Shown here piece by piece: positions 20,734 to 32,691 of a stretch of 42,926 nt of DNA. The first letter of the stretch is position 1. Each line of letters begins with the position of its first letter. Made by a program: the position numbers and the translations under genes. The notes under the pieces were generated by a model. It had not been told where the DNA came from and searched no databases. It was given only the letters and a program-made list of their open reading frames with translations. The DNA is from an uncultured Bacilli bacterium (GTDB lineage Bacteria; Bacillota_I; Bacilli_A; RF39; UBA660), in contig CANPZG010000005.1 in NCBI GenBank assembly GCA_947588765.1, forward strand, positions 1 through 42,926, written 5' to 3'.

Positions 20734-22560
20734 TTACAAAGCTTCAATTGTTGAGTTATCTAAAACTTCCATATTGGAATTTTCTTCAACTGGAGCAATA
20801 TTTTCTATTGATTCTACTGGTTCAGTAGGAGTAACGTTTTCTAAAGTTTCTTCACTATTGGTTGGAATTTCTTGGGAAACATTTTCTATTGTCTCAACGT
20901 TATCTGCTGGTGCTTCTGAAGCAATATTTTCTACTGTTTCAGTATTAATTTGTGTTGTTTCAGGAATGATGTTTTCGATAGTTTCTACATTAGTTGATGC
21001 GGGTTCTTGTGAAATACTTTCGGTTGTTTCTAAATTAGTTGGTGCAGCTACAGGAGTTGCATTTTCTGCAAGTTCTTGATTGGATACTGATGTTTCTTGT
21101 GATATATTCTCTACTGATTCAGTATTGTTAAGTGCTGCATCAGAAACGATATTTTCTGTAGACTCTTCACTAGTTGCTTGGTTTTCTTGTGAAACAGTTT
21201 CCACTGTTTCAGCATTTGTTACCACGGAAGCAACATTTTCACTAACTTCTACATTAGGTGTTGCCTCTTCTTGTGGAGCATCTTCATTTGTTTCTTCAGT
21301 TTGGGTATTTTCATTAACACCATTTATTTTTCCAATAAAGGCATTCTTTAATTCAACATCATCTTCATCAATATCATCTTCAACATCAATAACTCTAAAG
21401 ATTTCTTCAATTGAGGTTATTCCTTCAACTACTTTTTCCAAGCCATCTTGTAATAAAGATGTAACATCAGAATCTTTATAAACAATTTTTCTTAATTGAG
21501 GTTTTGGTGCATTATTAACAATAGCATCCCGAATATCTTGGTTTAATATTAAAACTTCATGAATAGCAATACGGCCTAAATAACCATGAATACAATCATT
21601 ACAACCATTTGGTACATATATTTTTTCAACTTCTTTGCCTAGAGCTTCTTTAAATAATATTTTTTCATAAGGGGTTGTTTCTCTTTCGCTTCGACATTTA
21701 GGGCATAATCTTTTAACTAATCTTTGCGAAATAATACCAGTTAAAGCACTACCTAATAAATATCTTTCAACGTCCATATCCAAAAGTCTTTCGATAGTTG
21801 TTAGTGAGTTATTGGTGTGGATAGTAGATAAAACTAAGTGTCCTGTGATAGATGCTCTAACGGCAATACGAGCAGTTTCATTATCCCGAATTTCCCCAAT
21901 CATTATAACATCGGGGTCTTGTCTTAAAATACTTCTTAAGGTATTACCAAATGTTAGGCCAATTTCACTCATTACTTGAACTTGATTGATACCAGGAATT
22001 TTCATTTCTACAGGGTCTTCAACTGTAATTATATTTCTTTCAACTGTATTTAATATTTGTAAAGCCGCATAAACAGTGGTTGATTTACCACTACCAGTAG
22101 CCCCAGCAACCATAATAATACCATTGGGTAAACTAATTAATTTTTTGATTTTATTTAAATTACTTTCGGTTAAACCTAAATTTTCTAAACCACTACTACT
22201 CATTTTATAGTTCAAAATCCGGATAACGATTTTTTCGCCATCAACAATAGGTAAACTAGATACTCGAAGGTCTAGGTCTATATCTTGAGTTAAGTTTTTT
22301 ATGGCTCCATCTTGAGGAAGCCGGGTTTCAGTGATATTCATTCCACTTATGATTTTTATTCTAGTTAATAAATTCTTTTTTACAAAATTAGGGACTTTCG
22401 CATACTCTAAAAGTTCCCCATCTATTCTAATGCGGACATTTAAAGCTTCTTCCGTTGGATCGAAATGAATGTCGGATGCATTACGATTTATGGCATCAAT
22501 TATCATTTCATTTACGATATCAACTACAGGTTTGTTTTCATAATCGAAGTCTCTAAACAT
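20734..22560 (-). CDS. GspE/PilB-family pilus assembly ATPase with acidic repetitive C-terminal tail
   Basis: ASDIHF, GATGSGKST, VEDPVE, LRQDPD..IGEIRD and CxxC pairs; start likely MFRDF at 22560. Confidence 0.92.
   Translation of the reverse strand: MFRDFDYENKPVVDIVNEMIIDAINRNASDIHFDPTEEALNVRIRIDGELLEYAKVPNFVKKNLLTRIKIISGMNITETRLPQDGAIKNLTQDIDLDLRVSSLPIVDGEKIVIRILNYKMSSSGLENLGLTESNLNKIKKLISLPNGIIMVAGATGSGKSTTVYAALQILNTVERNIITVEDPVEMKIPGINQVQVMSEIGLTFGNTLRSILRQDPDVIMIGEIRDNETARIAVRASITGHLVLSTIHTNNSLTTIERLLDMDVERYLLGSALTGIISQRLVKRLCPKCRSERETTPYEKILFKEALGKEVEKIYVPNGCNDCIHGYLGRIAIHEVLILNQDIRDAIVNNAPKPQLRKIVYKDSDVTSLLQDGLEKVVEGITSIEEIFRVIDVEDDIDEDDVELKNAFIGKINGVNENTQTEETNEDAPQEEATPNVEVSENVASVVTNAETVETVSQENQATSEESTENIVSDAALNNTESVENISQETSVSNQELAENATPVAAPTNLETTESISQEPASTNVETIENIIPETTQINTETVENIASEAPADNVETIENVSQEIPTNSEETLENVTPTEPVESIENIAPVEENSNMEVLDNSTIEAL
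20760..21320 (-). repeat. Degenerate ~16-aa coding repeats (N.ET.EN[IV]SQE)
   Basis: NAETVETVSQE, NTESVENISQE, NLETTESISQE, NVETIENIIPE, NTETVENIASE, NVETIENVSQE. Confidence 0.8.
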
Positions 22561-22677
22561 AAGTATCACACACACCCTTATTCTTTAATTATTATACAAC
22601 AAATTACTCTCCTACACAACCTTAATTTGTACTTTTTCGCATTTAAAAAGAGACCGTAGTCTCTTTTATTTTAGTAT

Positions 22678-22839
22678 TTAAGCCACACAATAAGTATTAG
22701 TTACAGTTCTTCTAATAACTGAACCTATTATTTGGCCTATTTTTACAATAGTAGTTACAGCTTTAGTTATCGCATTTATCATTGTCGAAGTTAAAGCACC
22801 ACCCGTAATTACCAATAATTCTTGATTAGTTAAATTCAT
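22678..22839 (-). CDS. Double-glycine leader peptide (bacteriocin-like), 53 aa
   Basis: MNLTNQELLVITGG|ALTSTMINAITKAV...YCVA; SD AGGAGGT before ATG 22839. Confidence 0.8.
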   Translation of the reverse strand: MNLTNQELLVITGGALTSTMINAITKAVTTIVKIGQIIGSVIRRTVTNTYCVA

Positions 22840-22852
22840 ACATACCTCCTTT

Positions 22853-22999
22853 TTAACCATTATTGCATTTGGTTGGATTACGATAGCCATCTAATATGCC
22901 AACAATCAGTAATCCAATTCCTCCGAGCACTAACCATAAAGTTGCGCCACCACCATTAATATTTTCTAGTTCTGTATTATTTAATTCTTTCAATATCAT
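22853..22999 (-). CDS. Double-glycine leader peptide (class IIb bacteriocin-like), absent from the ORF track
   Basis: MILKELNNTELENINGG|GATLWLVLGGIGLLIVGILDGYRNPTKCNNG; SD AGGAG; TTG 22993 is an alternative start. Confidence 0.85.
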   Translation of the reverse strand: MILKELNNTELENINGGGATLWLVLGGIGLLIVGILDGYRNPTKCNNG

Positions 23000-23409
23000 C
23001 ACTCCTTTATTAAATTTAGAACTTTAAAATAAATCTTTTCTTTGTTGTAATAAATTCGAACATTTACGATTTCATTTAAAGGAAATGTTTTATCAATATG
23101 AATAGAAAATGTTTGATAATTAGTTTTTGTTGCCTCATCATAAAGTAATTCACTTATCGAATTTAACTTATAGCTATATCTATTATTTTTTATACTAATT
23201 AATGAATCTTCATTCAAAGTATCAGAGTATTTCACGGGTATATTTAATAAAAGATTTTCGCCATCCGAAACAGCATAAACATCAAGCTTTTCATACATAT
23301 CTTTTTTCGCAATATAAAAACTTAAAATACCTAGTAAAACAAATATAAGTAAAGCACATAGATGATTATGATATTTGATATGAAGTAATCTTTGATAACT
23401 ATTAACCAT
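22999..23409 (-). CDS. Single-TM putative secretion accessory protein
   Basis: Lies between the C39 exporter and the peptides; N-terminal TM followed by a beta-rich domain. Confidence 0.6.
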   Translation of the reverse strand: MVNSYQRLLHIKYHNHLCALLIFVLLGILSFYIAKKDMYEKLDVYAVSDGENLLLNIPVKYSDTLNEDSLISIKNNRYSYKLNSISELLYDEATKTNYQTFSIHIDKTFPLNEIVNVRIYYNKEKIYFKVLNLIKE

Positions 23410-23411
23410 AA

Positions 23412-25457
23412 TTAACTCCCAAATAATATTACTTTATCAAATAAATCATCTTGATTTTTATGCGTAATATAGATTATTGTTTTATCGTCAAAAAAGTTTT
23501 TAAGGTTATTAATAATTTGTCTTTCTACTTCATAATCAACTTCACTTAAGGCTTCATCCAAAATGATAATTTTAGCATCTTTAAGTAAGGCTCGAGCTAA
23601 AATAATTCGCTGTTTTTCACCACCAGATAATTCTTTATTAGTTCCATCAATAAAGGTATCATATCTAAATGGTTTACTATTAATTACTTTTTCTAAAGCA
23701 CATACCTCAATTATTTTCTTAAATTTATCATCCGTTATTTGTCTACCTAAAATTATATTATTGCGAATCGTATCACTAAACAAATTTTCATTTTGCCCCA
23801 CATAAAGAATATTTTCTCTTATTGATTTTAAAGAATAATCTTTTAAATCTTTGGCTCCTATTAAAATATTACCTTCATATTCCATATAATCTTTAATTAA
23901 TAACTTACACATAGTACTTTTACCACAGCCACTTTTACCTTTAAACATAATTTTTTCTCCTTGGTTAATACTAAACGATACATCCTTTAAAGTTAAATGA
24001 TAATCATTATAACTAAAATTTAAATTATTAACGGTTATACTAAAATCTTTAAAAGCAACTCTTTTGCCTACTTTTTCGGTAGGAATATTTAAAAAATCAC
24101 TAATTTTATCAAATGTTGCTTTAAAGAAATCATATTTAGGAATAATATCTATTAAATTTTTGATAGGGTTTAAGAAAAATAGCATTAATGTATTAAAAGT
24201 AACTAAATTAGCTATAGATAAGTCATTATGCATTATTAAATATAAACCAATGGTATTAACTATAAAAAAGCCAATTTCATGAATAGTATTTTTAATATTT
24301 TCACACTTATTTAAATATTCATTTAATTTGAAACTATCATGTAAGTATAAGGATAATTTTTCTTCAATATTTTTTACAATGACAGGGGTTATGTTTAATC
24401 CTTTTATACTGGGATAATTTCTTATACTTTGTAAAAGGTAATTATTAAACTCTTCTTCCAAAGTAATGTTTTGATAGGCTCTTTGATAAATTGTTTTAGT
24501 TGTAGCTAATCCTACTAGGAAATAAATAATAACAATGAAGAAAAGAATTAAAAGCATTTTACTACTTATAGCTAATAGAATTGGAATAACCGCAAGAGTT
24601 AAAATAAAATCAAGAAAGAAATTAACAAATATTTCCGTATAAAATGATTTTATGTTATTTAATTCATTAACTCGTGCTAGTATTTCCGGGCTACTCCTTG
24701 ATGTGATACTTCGTGAAGGGATTTTAAATAAATGATTAAAAAAATCCGAGAATAAATAAACATCAATATTTTTATTTAAATGGTTTTCTAAATAACTACG
24801 AATATATGTAAAAATACATTTATAAATAGTTATAATGCCAAATACTAAAATAATTAATTTTAAGTATTCTGTATAAGTATTTTCTCCAATTGATTCAATT
24901 CCTATTTTAAAGTAATAATTAGCAATTATAGTTGTTATCATCAAAAGAATACTAACAAAAATAATTTCTAAGAAAAGTTTCTTTTCATTACTAATAATAC
25001 TAAAGAATACTTGTAATATATTTTTACCTTTGTTTAAATAAACAATTTTTTCTTTAGGATAGAACATTAATATAATTTTGGAAAAGTTTTCTAAAAACTC
25101 TTCTCTTTTGAGAGTTACACGACCTTTGGCTGGATCCATTAATATAACCTTGTGTTTTGTAATCTCATAAATTACCACGAAATGATTTAAACCATTTTTG
25201 TAACTTAAATGTGCTATTGCTGGTAAAAAGATATTAGTATCATCTAGTGAAGAAACTTTAATACCTTTAGTTTCAAAACCATATTTATTAGCAGCATTTA
25301 AAAGATTATAAGCCGTTGTTCCATCTTTAGTGGTATGAGTATCCATTCTTATTCTTTCCATAGGAATGTACCCATCGTAATAGGAAATAATACTAGCGAG
25401 TGAAGCAACACCACAATCTTTTAAATCATGTTGTCTAATTACTGGAATTTTTTTCAA
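23412..25457 (-). CDS. Peptidase C39-containing ABC transporter
   Basis: QHDLKDCG, HFVV...DPA, GKSGCGKST and LSGGEKQR. Confidence 0.95.
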   Translation of the reverse strand: MKKIPVIRQHDLKDCGVASLASIISYYDGYIPMERIRMDTHTTKDGTTAYNLLNAANKYGFETKGIKVSSLDDTNIFLPAIAHLSYKNGLNHFVVIYEITKHKVILMDPAKGRVTLKREEFLENFSKIILMFYPKEKIVYLNKGKNILQVFFSIISNEKKLFLEIIFVSILLMITTIIANYYFKIGIESIGENTYTEYLKLIILVFGIITIYKCIFTYIRSYLENHLNKNIDVYLFSDFFNHLFKIPSRSITSRSSPEILARVNELNNIKSFYTEIFVNFFLDFILTLAVIPILLAISSKMLLILFFIVIIYFLVGLATTKTIYQRAYQNITLEEEFNNYLLQSIRNYPSIKGLNITPVIVKNIEEKLSLYLHDSFKLNEYLNKCENIKNTIHEIGFFIVNTIGLYLIMHNDLSIANLVTFNTLMLFFLNPIKNLIDIIPKYDFFKATFDKISDFLNIPTEKVGKRVAFKDFSITVNNLNFSYNDYHLTLKDVSFSINQGEKIMFKGKSGCGKSTMCKLLIKDYMEYEGNILIGAKDLKDYSLKSIRENILYVGQNENLFSDTIRNNIILGRQITDDKFKKIIEVCALEKVINSKPFRYDTFIDGTNKELSGGEKQRIILARALLKDAKIIILDEALSEVDYEVERQIINNLKNFFDDKTIIYITHKNQDDLFDKVILFGS

Positions 25458-25548
25458 ACCATAAAACCTCCCTTCACTTATATATATATCCCCTTACCCC
25501 CGGATTTCCTTTTTTTTAAATGCAACTTTTTAAATTTGTTAAAAAATT

Positions 25549-25555
25549 TGTCGAA
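25549..25555 (+). promoter_or_regulatory. Candidate Spo0A box
   Basis: TGTCGAA within TTTGTCGAAA, ~90 bp upstream of the C39 exporter start. Confidence 0.45.
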
Positions 25556-25674
25556 ATATATCTAAATACCTCAAAAAAAGTAAGCATTTTGTCGCCTACT
25601 TTTTCTTGACTTTTATAAAAATTTGTTAATTTTTTTTATAAATTTTAGTATATTTTTTATTTTATTTTTAATAT

Positions 25675-27012
25675 TTATTCTCCCAAATAAGTTATTCGAG
25701 CATATCCATTTCCTGTATGACCCATTTCAGTTTCTCCTCTTGGGCTTGGCATTCCCGTTTGTTCTCCGGCTTCAGTTGTCCATTTATAACCTAAACCATC
25801 TATCATTTCAGTGTTTTCAAATTTATAATTAGAGTAATGGGTAGCACATTCTATGGTTTTAGAATCTTCAGTACATCCATTTTTAAGTTTTATGTCATCT
25901 TCAAGTGATGATTCATCTATCGCAAGACATCCAAGATGACCTGAGATAAACGATGACCCTCCGGCTCCTGAGCTAACACCTGCTTGAACAAAATTACCTC
26001 CGCCTCCACCATAATAACCGGAGCCACCACCACTTCCATGTGCATGTTGAGAATCTCCACCAATACCAAATTTTCCAAAAAACAATTCAGTGTCAGAGTA
26101 GTATTGGTCATAAGCTCCACATTTGCCGCCAAACGTTTGAGTACCTCCTGTTGCTAATTGATGCCCAACACTATTTATATTTAAATTACCTAATCCACCA
26201 ATCAAACCTCCTCCATAACCACCTGATACTGCATTTCTATAATTTGACGTACCAGCACCAGCACCAGCTACCATTATTCTTGATTTTAAACTATTAAAAT
26301 TATTCCAATTACCATCTTGTAATCTTATATCTGTAGCTCCTCCACCAGAACCAGCAACTTGATAATGCCAACCGCCTTGACCTCCTCCATTAAATCCGCC
26401 AGTTGCTCTATCGTGAAAGGAAGTAGTAGATGAATAATCATTTCCCATACCTCCTACGTAAATATATAATATAGTGTTTTTTTCTAAATTTATATTTCCA
26501 GAAACATAGCCTCCTTTCCCTCCTTTTATATATTCACCTATTCTTCCATAACCAACAGTTTCATCACCATTTTCATAATCATAATATGCGCCTCCGCCTT
26601 GAGCACCCCATAATTCTATTTTATAAATTCCCGATACTGGGGCAATAAATTTATAACTTTCTCCTGTTTCTTGGATATTTTCTGTATAAGGATAATCCTT
26701 TACAATTTTATCAAAATATATATAACATTTATCACTAACATTCCCAGTTATTTGTACTTTATTATTTACCCAAGTTAAAACTGAGTCATTTTCACAATTA
26801 CTCTTTACTTCATTTAATACGTATCCTTCAGTTAGCCAATTTCTTCTTGTAGTTTGCTCATATACATTATTTTCTTTTTCAATATAATAACTTATTAATT
26901 CATTAGTATCATTTTTTAATTCTTCTTTTGTTTGTTTTGGATACATCAATCCTACTGAAATTATTAGAATCAAAATTAATCCTAAACATATATAAGATAT
27001 TTTCTTTTTCAT
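25675..27012 (-). CDS. Membrane-anchored/secreted glycine-rich domain protein (ALK/LTK Gly-rich-like)
   Basis: N-terminal TM; YKIELWGAQGG, GGGATDIR, RIMVAGAG, GGSSFISG and GNGYARIT; SD GAGGTG before ATG 27012. Confidence 0.8.
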   Translation of the reverse strand: MKKKISYICLGLILILIISVGLMYPKQTKEELKNDTNELISYYIEKENNVYEQTTRRNWLTEGYVLNEVKSNCENDSVLTWVNNKVQITGNVSDKCYIYFDKIVKDYPYTENIQETGESYKFIAPVSGIYKIELWGAQGGGAYYDYENGDETVGYGRIGEYIKGGKGGYVSGNINLEKNTILYIYVGGMGNDYSSTTSFHDRATGGFNGGGQGGWHYQVAGSGGGATDIRLQDGNWNNFNSLKSRIMVAGAGAGTSNYRNAVSGGYGGGLIGGLGNLNINSVGHQLATGGTQTFGGKCGAYDQYYSDTELFFGKFGIGGDSQHAHGSGGGSGYYGGGGGNFVQAGVSSGAGGSSFISGHLGCLAIDESSLEDDIKLKNGCTEDSKTIECATHYSNYKFENTEMIDGLGYKWTTEAGEQTGMPSPRGETEMGHTGNGYARITYLGE

Positions 27013-27048
27013 TATCCATACACCTCTATTTTTCTCCATTTTACTATA

Positions 27049-27122
27049 ATCGAGTAGAAGCGCAGCTTACCCCACGCAACCCTCACAAATCCGTTTGTGC
27101 AGCTTTCCCGCATACGGCTTTT
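27049..27122 (-). ncRNA. Orphan group II intron 3' module (domains V and VI)
   Basis: AAGCCGTATGCGGGAAAGCTGCACAAACGGATTT (DV with AGC triad), then GTGAGGG...TTCT-A-CTCGAT (DVI with bulged A and AY end). Confidence 0.85.
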
Positions 27123-27248
27123 CATAGTACAGGTTTTCTTCTTTTCATCAAATTACTATTCTCTCAACTATCCTTATTTTTCCTGATATCATTATATATA
27201 TATATATTCTGTCAAGAGATGATTTTTAATTTGACAATTTTTGACAAC

Positions 27249-27280
27249 AAAAAAAAGAACTAGAAATTAATCTAGTTCCT
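27249..27280 (-). terminator. dnaJ intrinsic terminator
   Basis: GAACTAGA/TCTAGTTC stem plus a T-run. Confidence 0.8.
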
Positions 27281-27285
27281 AAAAA

Positions 27286-28410
27286 TTAATTTTTTAAATA
27301 TTTCTTAAAGTTTTTAAATTCACTAGAATCATCTAAAGAAGTATCACTTAATTGTTGTAAAAGATCTTTTTGTTTACGATCTAGTTTAGTAGGTATAATT
27401 ATATCAATTATGGCATACATATTTCCTTTAGAAATAGAGTTTGGTGTTTTAATACCTTTACCTTTAAGTTTTAATTTAGTTCCATGTTGCGTTCCTGGTT
27501 TTATTTCCAAAATAACATTGCCTGTTAAAGTTGGAATTTCTTTTTTACAACCCAATGATGCTTCGGCAATAGTTGTTGGTACTGTTAAGTAAATATCTTG
27601 GTTATCTCTTTCAAATAATGGATGGTCTTTAATTTTAAATTCGATATAAATATCACCATTACTTCCTCCATTACGCGAAGCATTACCTTTGCCACTTAAA
27701 CGTAATTGATATCCATCATCTACTCCTTCAGGTATAGTAACGGTAAATGTTTTAGATTTATTAATTATGCCTTTACCTCGACATTCATCACAAGTTGTTT
27801 CATAACTTTTACCATTACCTCGACAAGTGGGACAAGTTTTTTGAGTTTGCATATAACCAAATATTGTTTGTTGTTGTTCTAGTACTCTTCCGGAACCACC
27901 ACAGGTACGACAAGTCTTTTCATTAAAACCACCAGCTCCATTACATTTAGGACAAGCGACATCTAAATCTAATTTAATATCTTTTTCACAGCCAAAAACA
28001 GCTTCTTCAAAAGTTAAATTTAAAAGTACCCTTTCATCTTGGCCTTTACTTCGAGAACTAGTACTTCTACCACCTCTGGTAAAGTTACCAAAACCAAAAC
28101 CACCCCCAAATAAATCATTCAAGATATCATCTAAATTAATATCAGAAGCATCAAAACCAGAGAAACCTCCAGCCCCTGCTCCACCATTTTGGAAAGCAGC
28201 ATGACCAAATTGATCATATTGTTGCCGTTTATTTGGGTCAGATAAAATAGCATAGGCTTCCCCTATTTCTTTAAATTTTTCAGCAGCTCCGGGTTCTTTA
28301 TTAACATCGGGATGATATTGTTTAGCAAGTTTACGAAATGCTCTTTTGATTTCTTCATCTGTCGCATTTTTACTAACTCCTAAAACTTCATAATAATCTT
28401 TTTTGTTCAT
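27286..28410 (-). CDS. dnaJ: Chaperone DnaJ
   Basis: HPD J-domain, G/F region and four CxxCxGxG repeats. Confidence 0.98.
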   Translation of the reverse strand: MNKKDYYEVLGVSKNATDEEIKRAFRKLAKQYHPDVNKEPGAAEKFKEIGEAYAILSDPNKRQQYDQFGHAAFQNGGAGAGGFSGFDASDINLDDILNDLFGGGFGFGNFTRGGRSTSSRSKGQDERVLLNLTFEEAVFGCEKDIKLDLDVACPKCNGAGGFNEKTCRTCGGSGRVLEQQQTIFGYMQTQKTCPTCRGNGKSYETTCDECRGKGIINKSKTFTVTIPEGVDDGYQLRLSGKGNASRNGGSNGDIYIEFKIKDHPLFERDNQDIYLTVPTTIAEASLGCKKEIPTLTGNVILEIKPGTQHGTKLKLKGKGIKTPNSISKGNMYAIIDIIIPTKLDRKQKDLLQQLSDTSLDDSSEFKNFKKYLKN

Positions 28411-30207
28411 CTACTTCACCTCTTGATATAATTTATCTAATTCATTAACTAAATCTTTAAAATAAACGAATGCTTCATCAATAACTGTGCCATTAATCAT
28501 ATCAACGCCCGCGACTTTTAAAGATTCAATTGGGTCTTTAGTAGCCCCAAGACTTAAAAATTCTAAATAATTTTCTACAGCCTTAGGCTTTTTATTTAAA
28601 ATATCCATCGCAATTTTTATGGCAGCAGCATAAGCTGTAGCATATTGATAAACATAGAATGAAGAATAAAAATGTGGTATTCTTTCCCATTCATATTTAA
28701 TAAATTTATCAACCACGATATTTTTACCAAAATAATCTTTATTTAAATCATAATATAAGTTTTCCATGACATCATGAGTTAAAATTGTTCCTTCAGCTTC
28801 TAATTCATGAATTTCTTTTTCAAATTCCGCGAACATTGTTTGGCGATAAATAGTTGCTTTAAAATCACCAATTAAATCATCAATTAAATATTTCTTTTCT
28901 TCAACATCACTAGTTTTATTAATTAAATATTTACTTAATAAAATTTGATTAACTTGACTAGCAACTTCGGCAACAAAAATTGAATAATTATAATCTTGGT
29001 ATTTTTGACTTTTTATCGCATAGTAATAATGCATTGCATGACCTAATTCATGAATCAAAGTTGAAACATTATCTAAATTCTCATTATAACTTAATAAAAC
29101 ATAAGGATGCGCATTATATACTGCCGTACAATAAGCCCCATTTCTTTTACCATTATTAGGGCAAAAATCTATCCAATGTTCTTTAAAAGCTTTACTTAAA
29201 TCTTTAGTATAAGTACTACCTAAAACACTTAAAGAATCCATAATCAATTCTTCAGCTTCTTTTATTGAATACTTACGAGTTATGTTTTTAACAATAGGAG
29301 CATAAGTATCATATAAATGTAATTCATCGACTCCTAAAGCATTTTTCTTAATTAACCAATATTTTGATAAAGGTTCAACATTTTTTCTAACATTTTTGAT
29401 TAAATTATCATATACTTGAACTGGAATATCATTTGTATATAAACTTTGTTGTAAAGCACTATCATAACCTCTTACTTTAGCAAGATTATTATCATTTTTA
29501 ACTAAAGCTGCAAGTAAATAGGAATAAGTATTATGAAATTTACCATAAGTATTAAATAATCTCGTAAAAGCATTAATTCTTACTTTCCGATTATCACTTT
29601 TGTTTAAAATACCATATGTTTTTTCATTTAATTCAACTAATTTACCTTTTTCATCTTTAATCTTACCAAATCTTAAATCCGCATCCGTAAGCATCGAAAA
29701 GACATCATCAGGCGTAGAAAAAGCACTACTTATATTAGCAATTAATTTTTCTTCTTTTTCACTTAGAATATATTTTTGATATTTAAATATTCTTAGTAAT
29801 AGTCTTTCATAATCTTTTAATTTAGGATTTGCCTTAATATATTTTTCAACTAAATCTTTACTACCTTTTAATATTTCGGGAACAATATAGGCTGAAGCTA
29901 TACTATATTTTTCATAAACTTTAGCCGCCAAACCAAAATATTCTTGATATTTAGTATTAGTAGTATCACTATCGTTTTGTAAATGGGCATACACATATAA
30001 TTGTTCCAGTTTTTGGGAACATTCATTATCAAAATTTAATAATTCATATAAATTATCAGCACTATCTAAAATATGATTTTCATATTTAGCATAATTTTCA
30101 ATCGATTTTTCAAATTCCTTTAAAGAGGATAAAAATTCTTCATCGGTTTTATATAAATCAGTAACATTCCATTTATAATCTTGGGAATAATCTTCTCTTT
30201 TTTTCAT
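28411..30207 (-). CDS. pepF: Oligoendopeptidase F (M3B)
   Basis: TLIHELGHAMH, IFVAEVAS and IPHFY..FYVYQYA. Confidence 0.95.
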   Translation of the reverse strand: MKKREDYSQDYKWNVTDLYKTDEEFLSSLKEFEKSIENYAKYENHILDSADNLYELLNFDNECSQKLEQLYVYAHLQNDSDTTNTKYQEYFGLAAKVYEKYSIASAYIVPEILKGSKDLVEKYIKANPKLKDYERLLLRIFKYQKYILSEKEEKLIANISSAFSTPDDVFSMLTDADLRFGKIKDEKGKLVELNEKTYGILNKSDNRKVRINAFTRLFNTYGKFHNTYSYLLAALVKNDNNLAKVRGYDSALQQSLYTNDIPVQVYDNLIKNVRKNVEPLSKYWLIKKNALGVDELHLYDTYAPIVKNITRKYSIKEAEELIMDSLSVLGSTYTKDLSKAFKEHWIDFCPNNGKRNGAYCTAVYNAHPYVLLSYNENLDNVSTLIHELGHAMHYYYAIKSQKYQDYNYSIFVAEVASQVNQILLSKYLINKTSDVEEKKYLIDDLIGDFKATIYRQTMFAEFEKEIHELEAEGTILTHDVMENLYYDLNKDYFGKNIVVDKFIKYEWERIPHFYSSFYVYQYATAYAAAIKIAMDILNKKPKAVENYLEFLSLGATKDPIESLKVAGVDMINGTVIDEAFVYFKDLVNELDKLYQEVK

Positions 30208-30253
30208 GTAACCTCCTAAACTTTAAGGAAAGTTCTAGTTTCCTAGAACTTCC

Positions 30254-32089
<1,836 letters not shown>

Positions 32090-32151
32090 TCATTCCTTTC
32101 TTTATTTAGCAAATATTTGCTTATTTTTGAGTTTTTTTGATATTTTTTATT

Positions 32152-32691
32152 TTATTCACTTACTCTAACCATCGCATGACGGATAACTTTATCTTTATAA
32201 GTATATCCTTTTTGTAAGACATCAAGTACCATACCTGCTTCTACACCATCTTCATACGCTGTTAGAACGGCTTCCATTGTATTAGGATCAAATTTTTGTT
32301 TTAAACAAACTATTTCTTTAACTTCCATACCTTCTAAAATATTTTTTAAGTTGGTATAAATCATTTCAAATCCTTCTAAAAATTTCTTTAATTCCGGAGT
32401 TAAATGACTTTCATCTAAAGATATAGCTCTTTCAAAATTATCAAGAATTGTCAATAGTTTTAAGATTAAATCTTCACCTTCATATTTACAAGTTCTTGCT
32501 AATTCATCATCGTATCTTCGTCTCATATTTTGCATTTCAGCACTTAAACGAAGGATTTTTTCATTTAAAGAAGCATTTTCTTCTTTTAATTTTTGTTCGA
32601 CTTTATTTACTTTACTAACTGTTTTTTTCTTTACTTCTTTAACTTTTTTCTTACCCTTTACTTCTTTTACCTCTTTTTTTTCTTTTTCCAT
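32152..32691 (-). CDS. grpE: Nucleotide exchange factor GrpE
   Basis: LDNFERA, FDPN..EA and QKGY...VIR.AMV.V. Confidence 0.96.
   Translation of the reverse strand: MEKEKKEVKEVKGKKKVKEVKKKTVSKVNKVEQKLKEENASLNEKILRLSAEMQNMRRRYDDELARTCKYEGEDLILKLLTILDNFERAISLDESHLTPELKKFLEGFEMIYTNLKNILEGMEVKEIVCLKQKFDPNTMEAVLTAYEDGVEAGMVLDVLQKGYTYKDKVIRHAMVRVSE

Noticed and set aside
20760-21320. ~48-bp periodicity as a possible CRISPR array
   Set aside because: These are in-frame degenerate coding repeats with no constant repeat/spacer structure and no cas genes
22840-22890. N-terminal extension of the 70-aa ORF in the track
   Set aside because: It overlaps the upstream peptide gene in another frame; the SD and GG-leader point to ATG 22839
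26928-27263. 111-aa plus-strand ORF
   Set aside because: Its PHKSVCAAFPHTA segment is simply the antisense translation of intron DV-DVI
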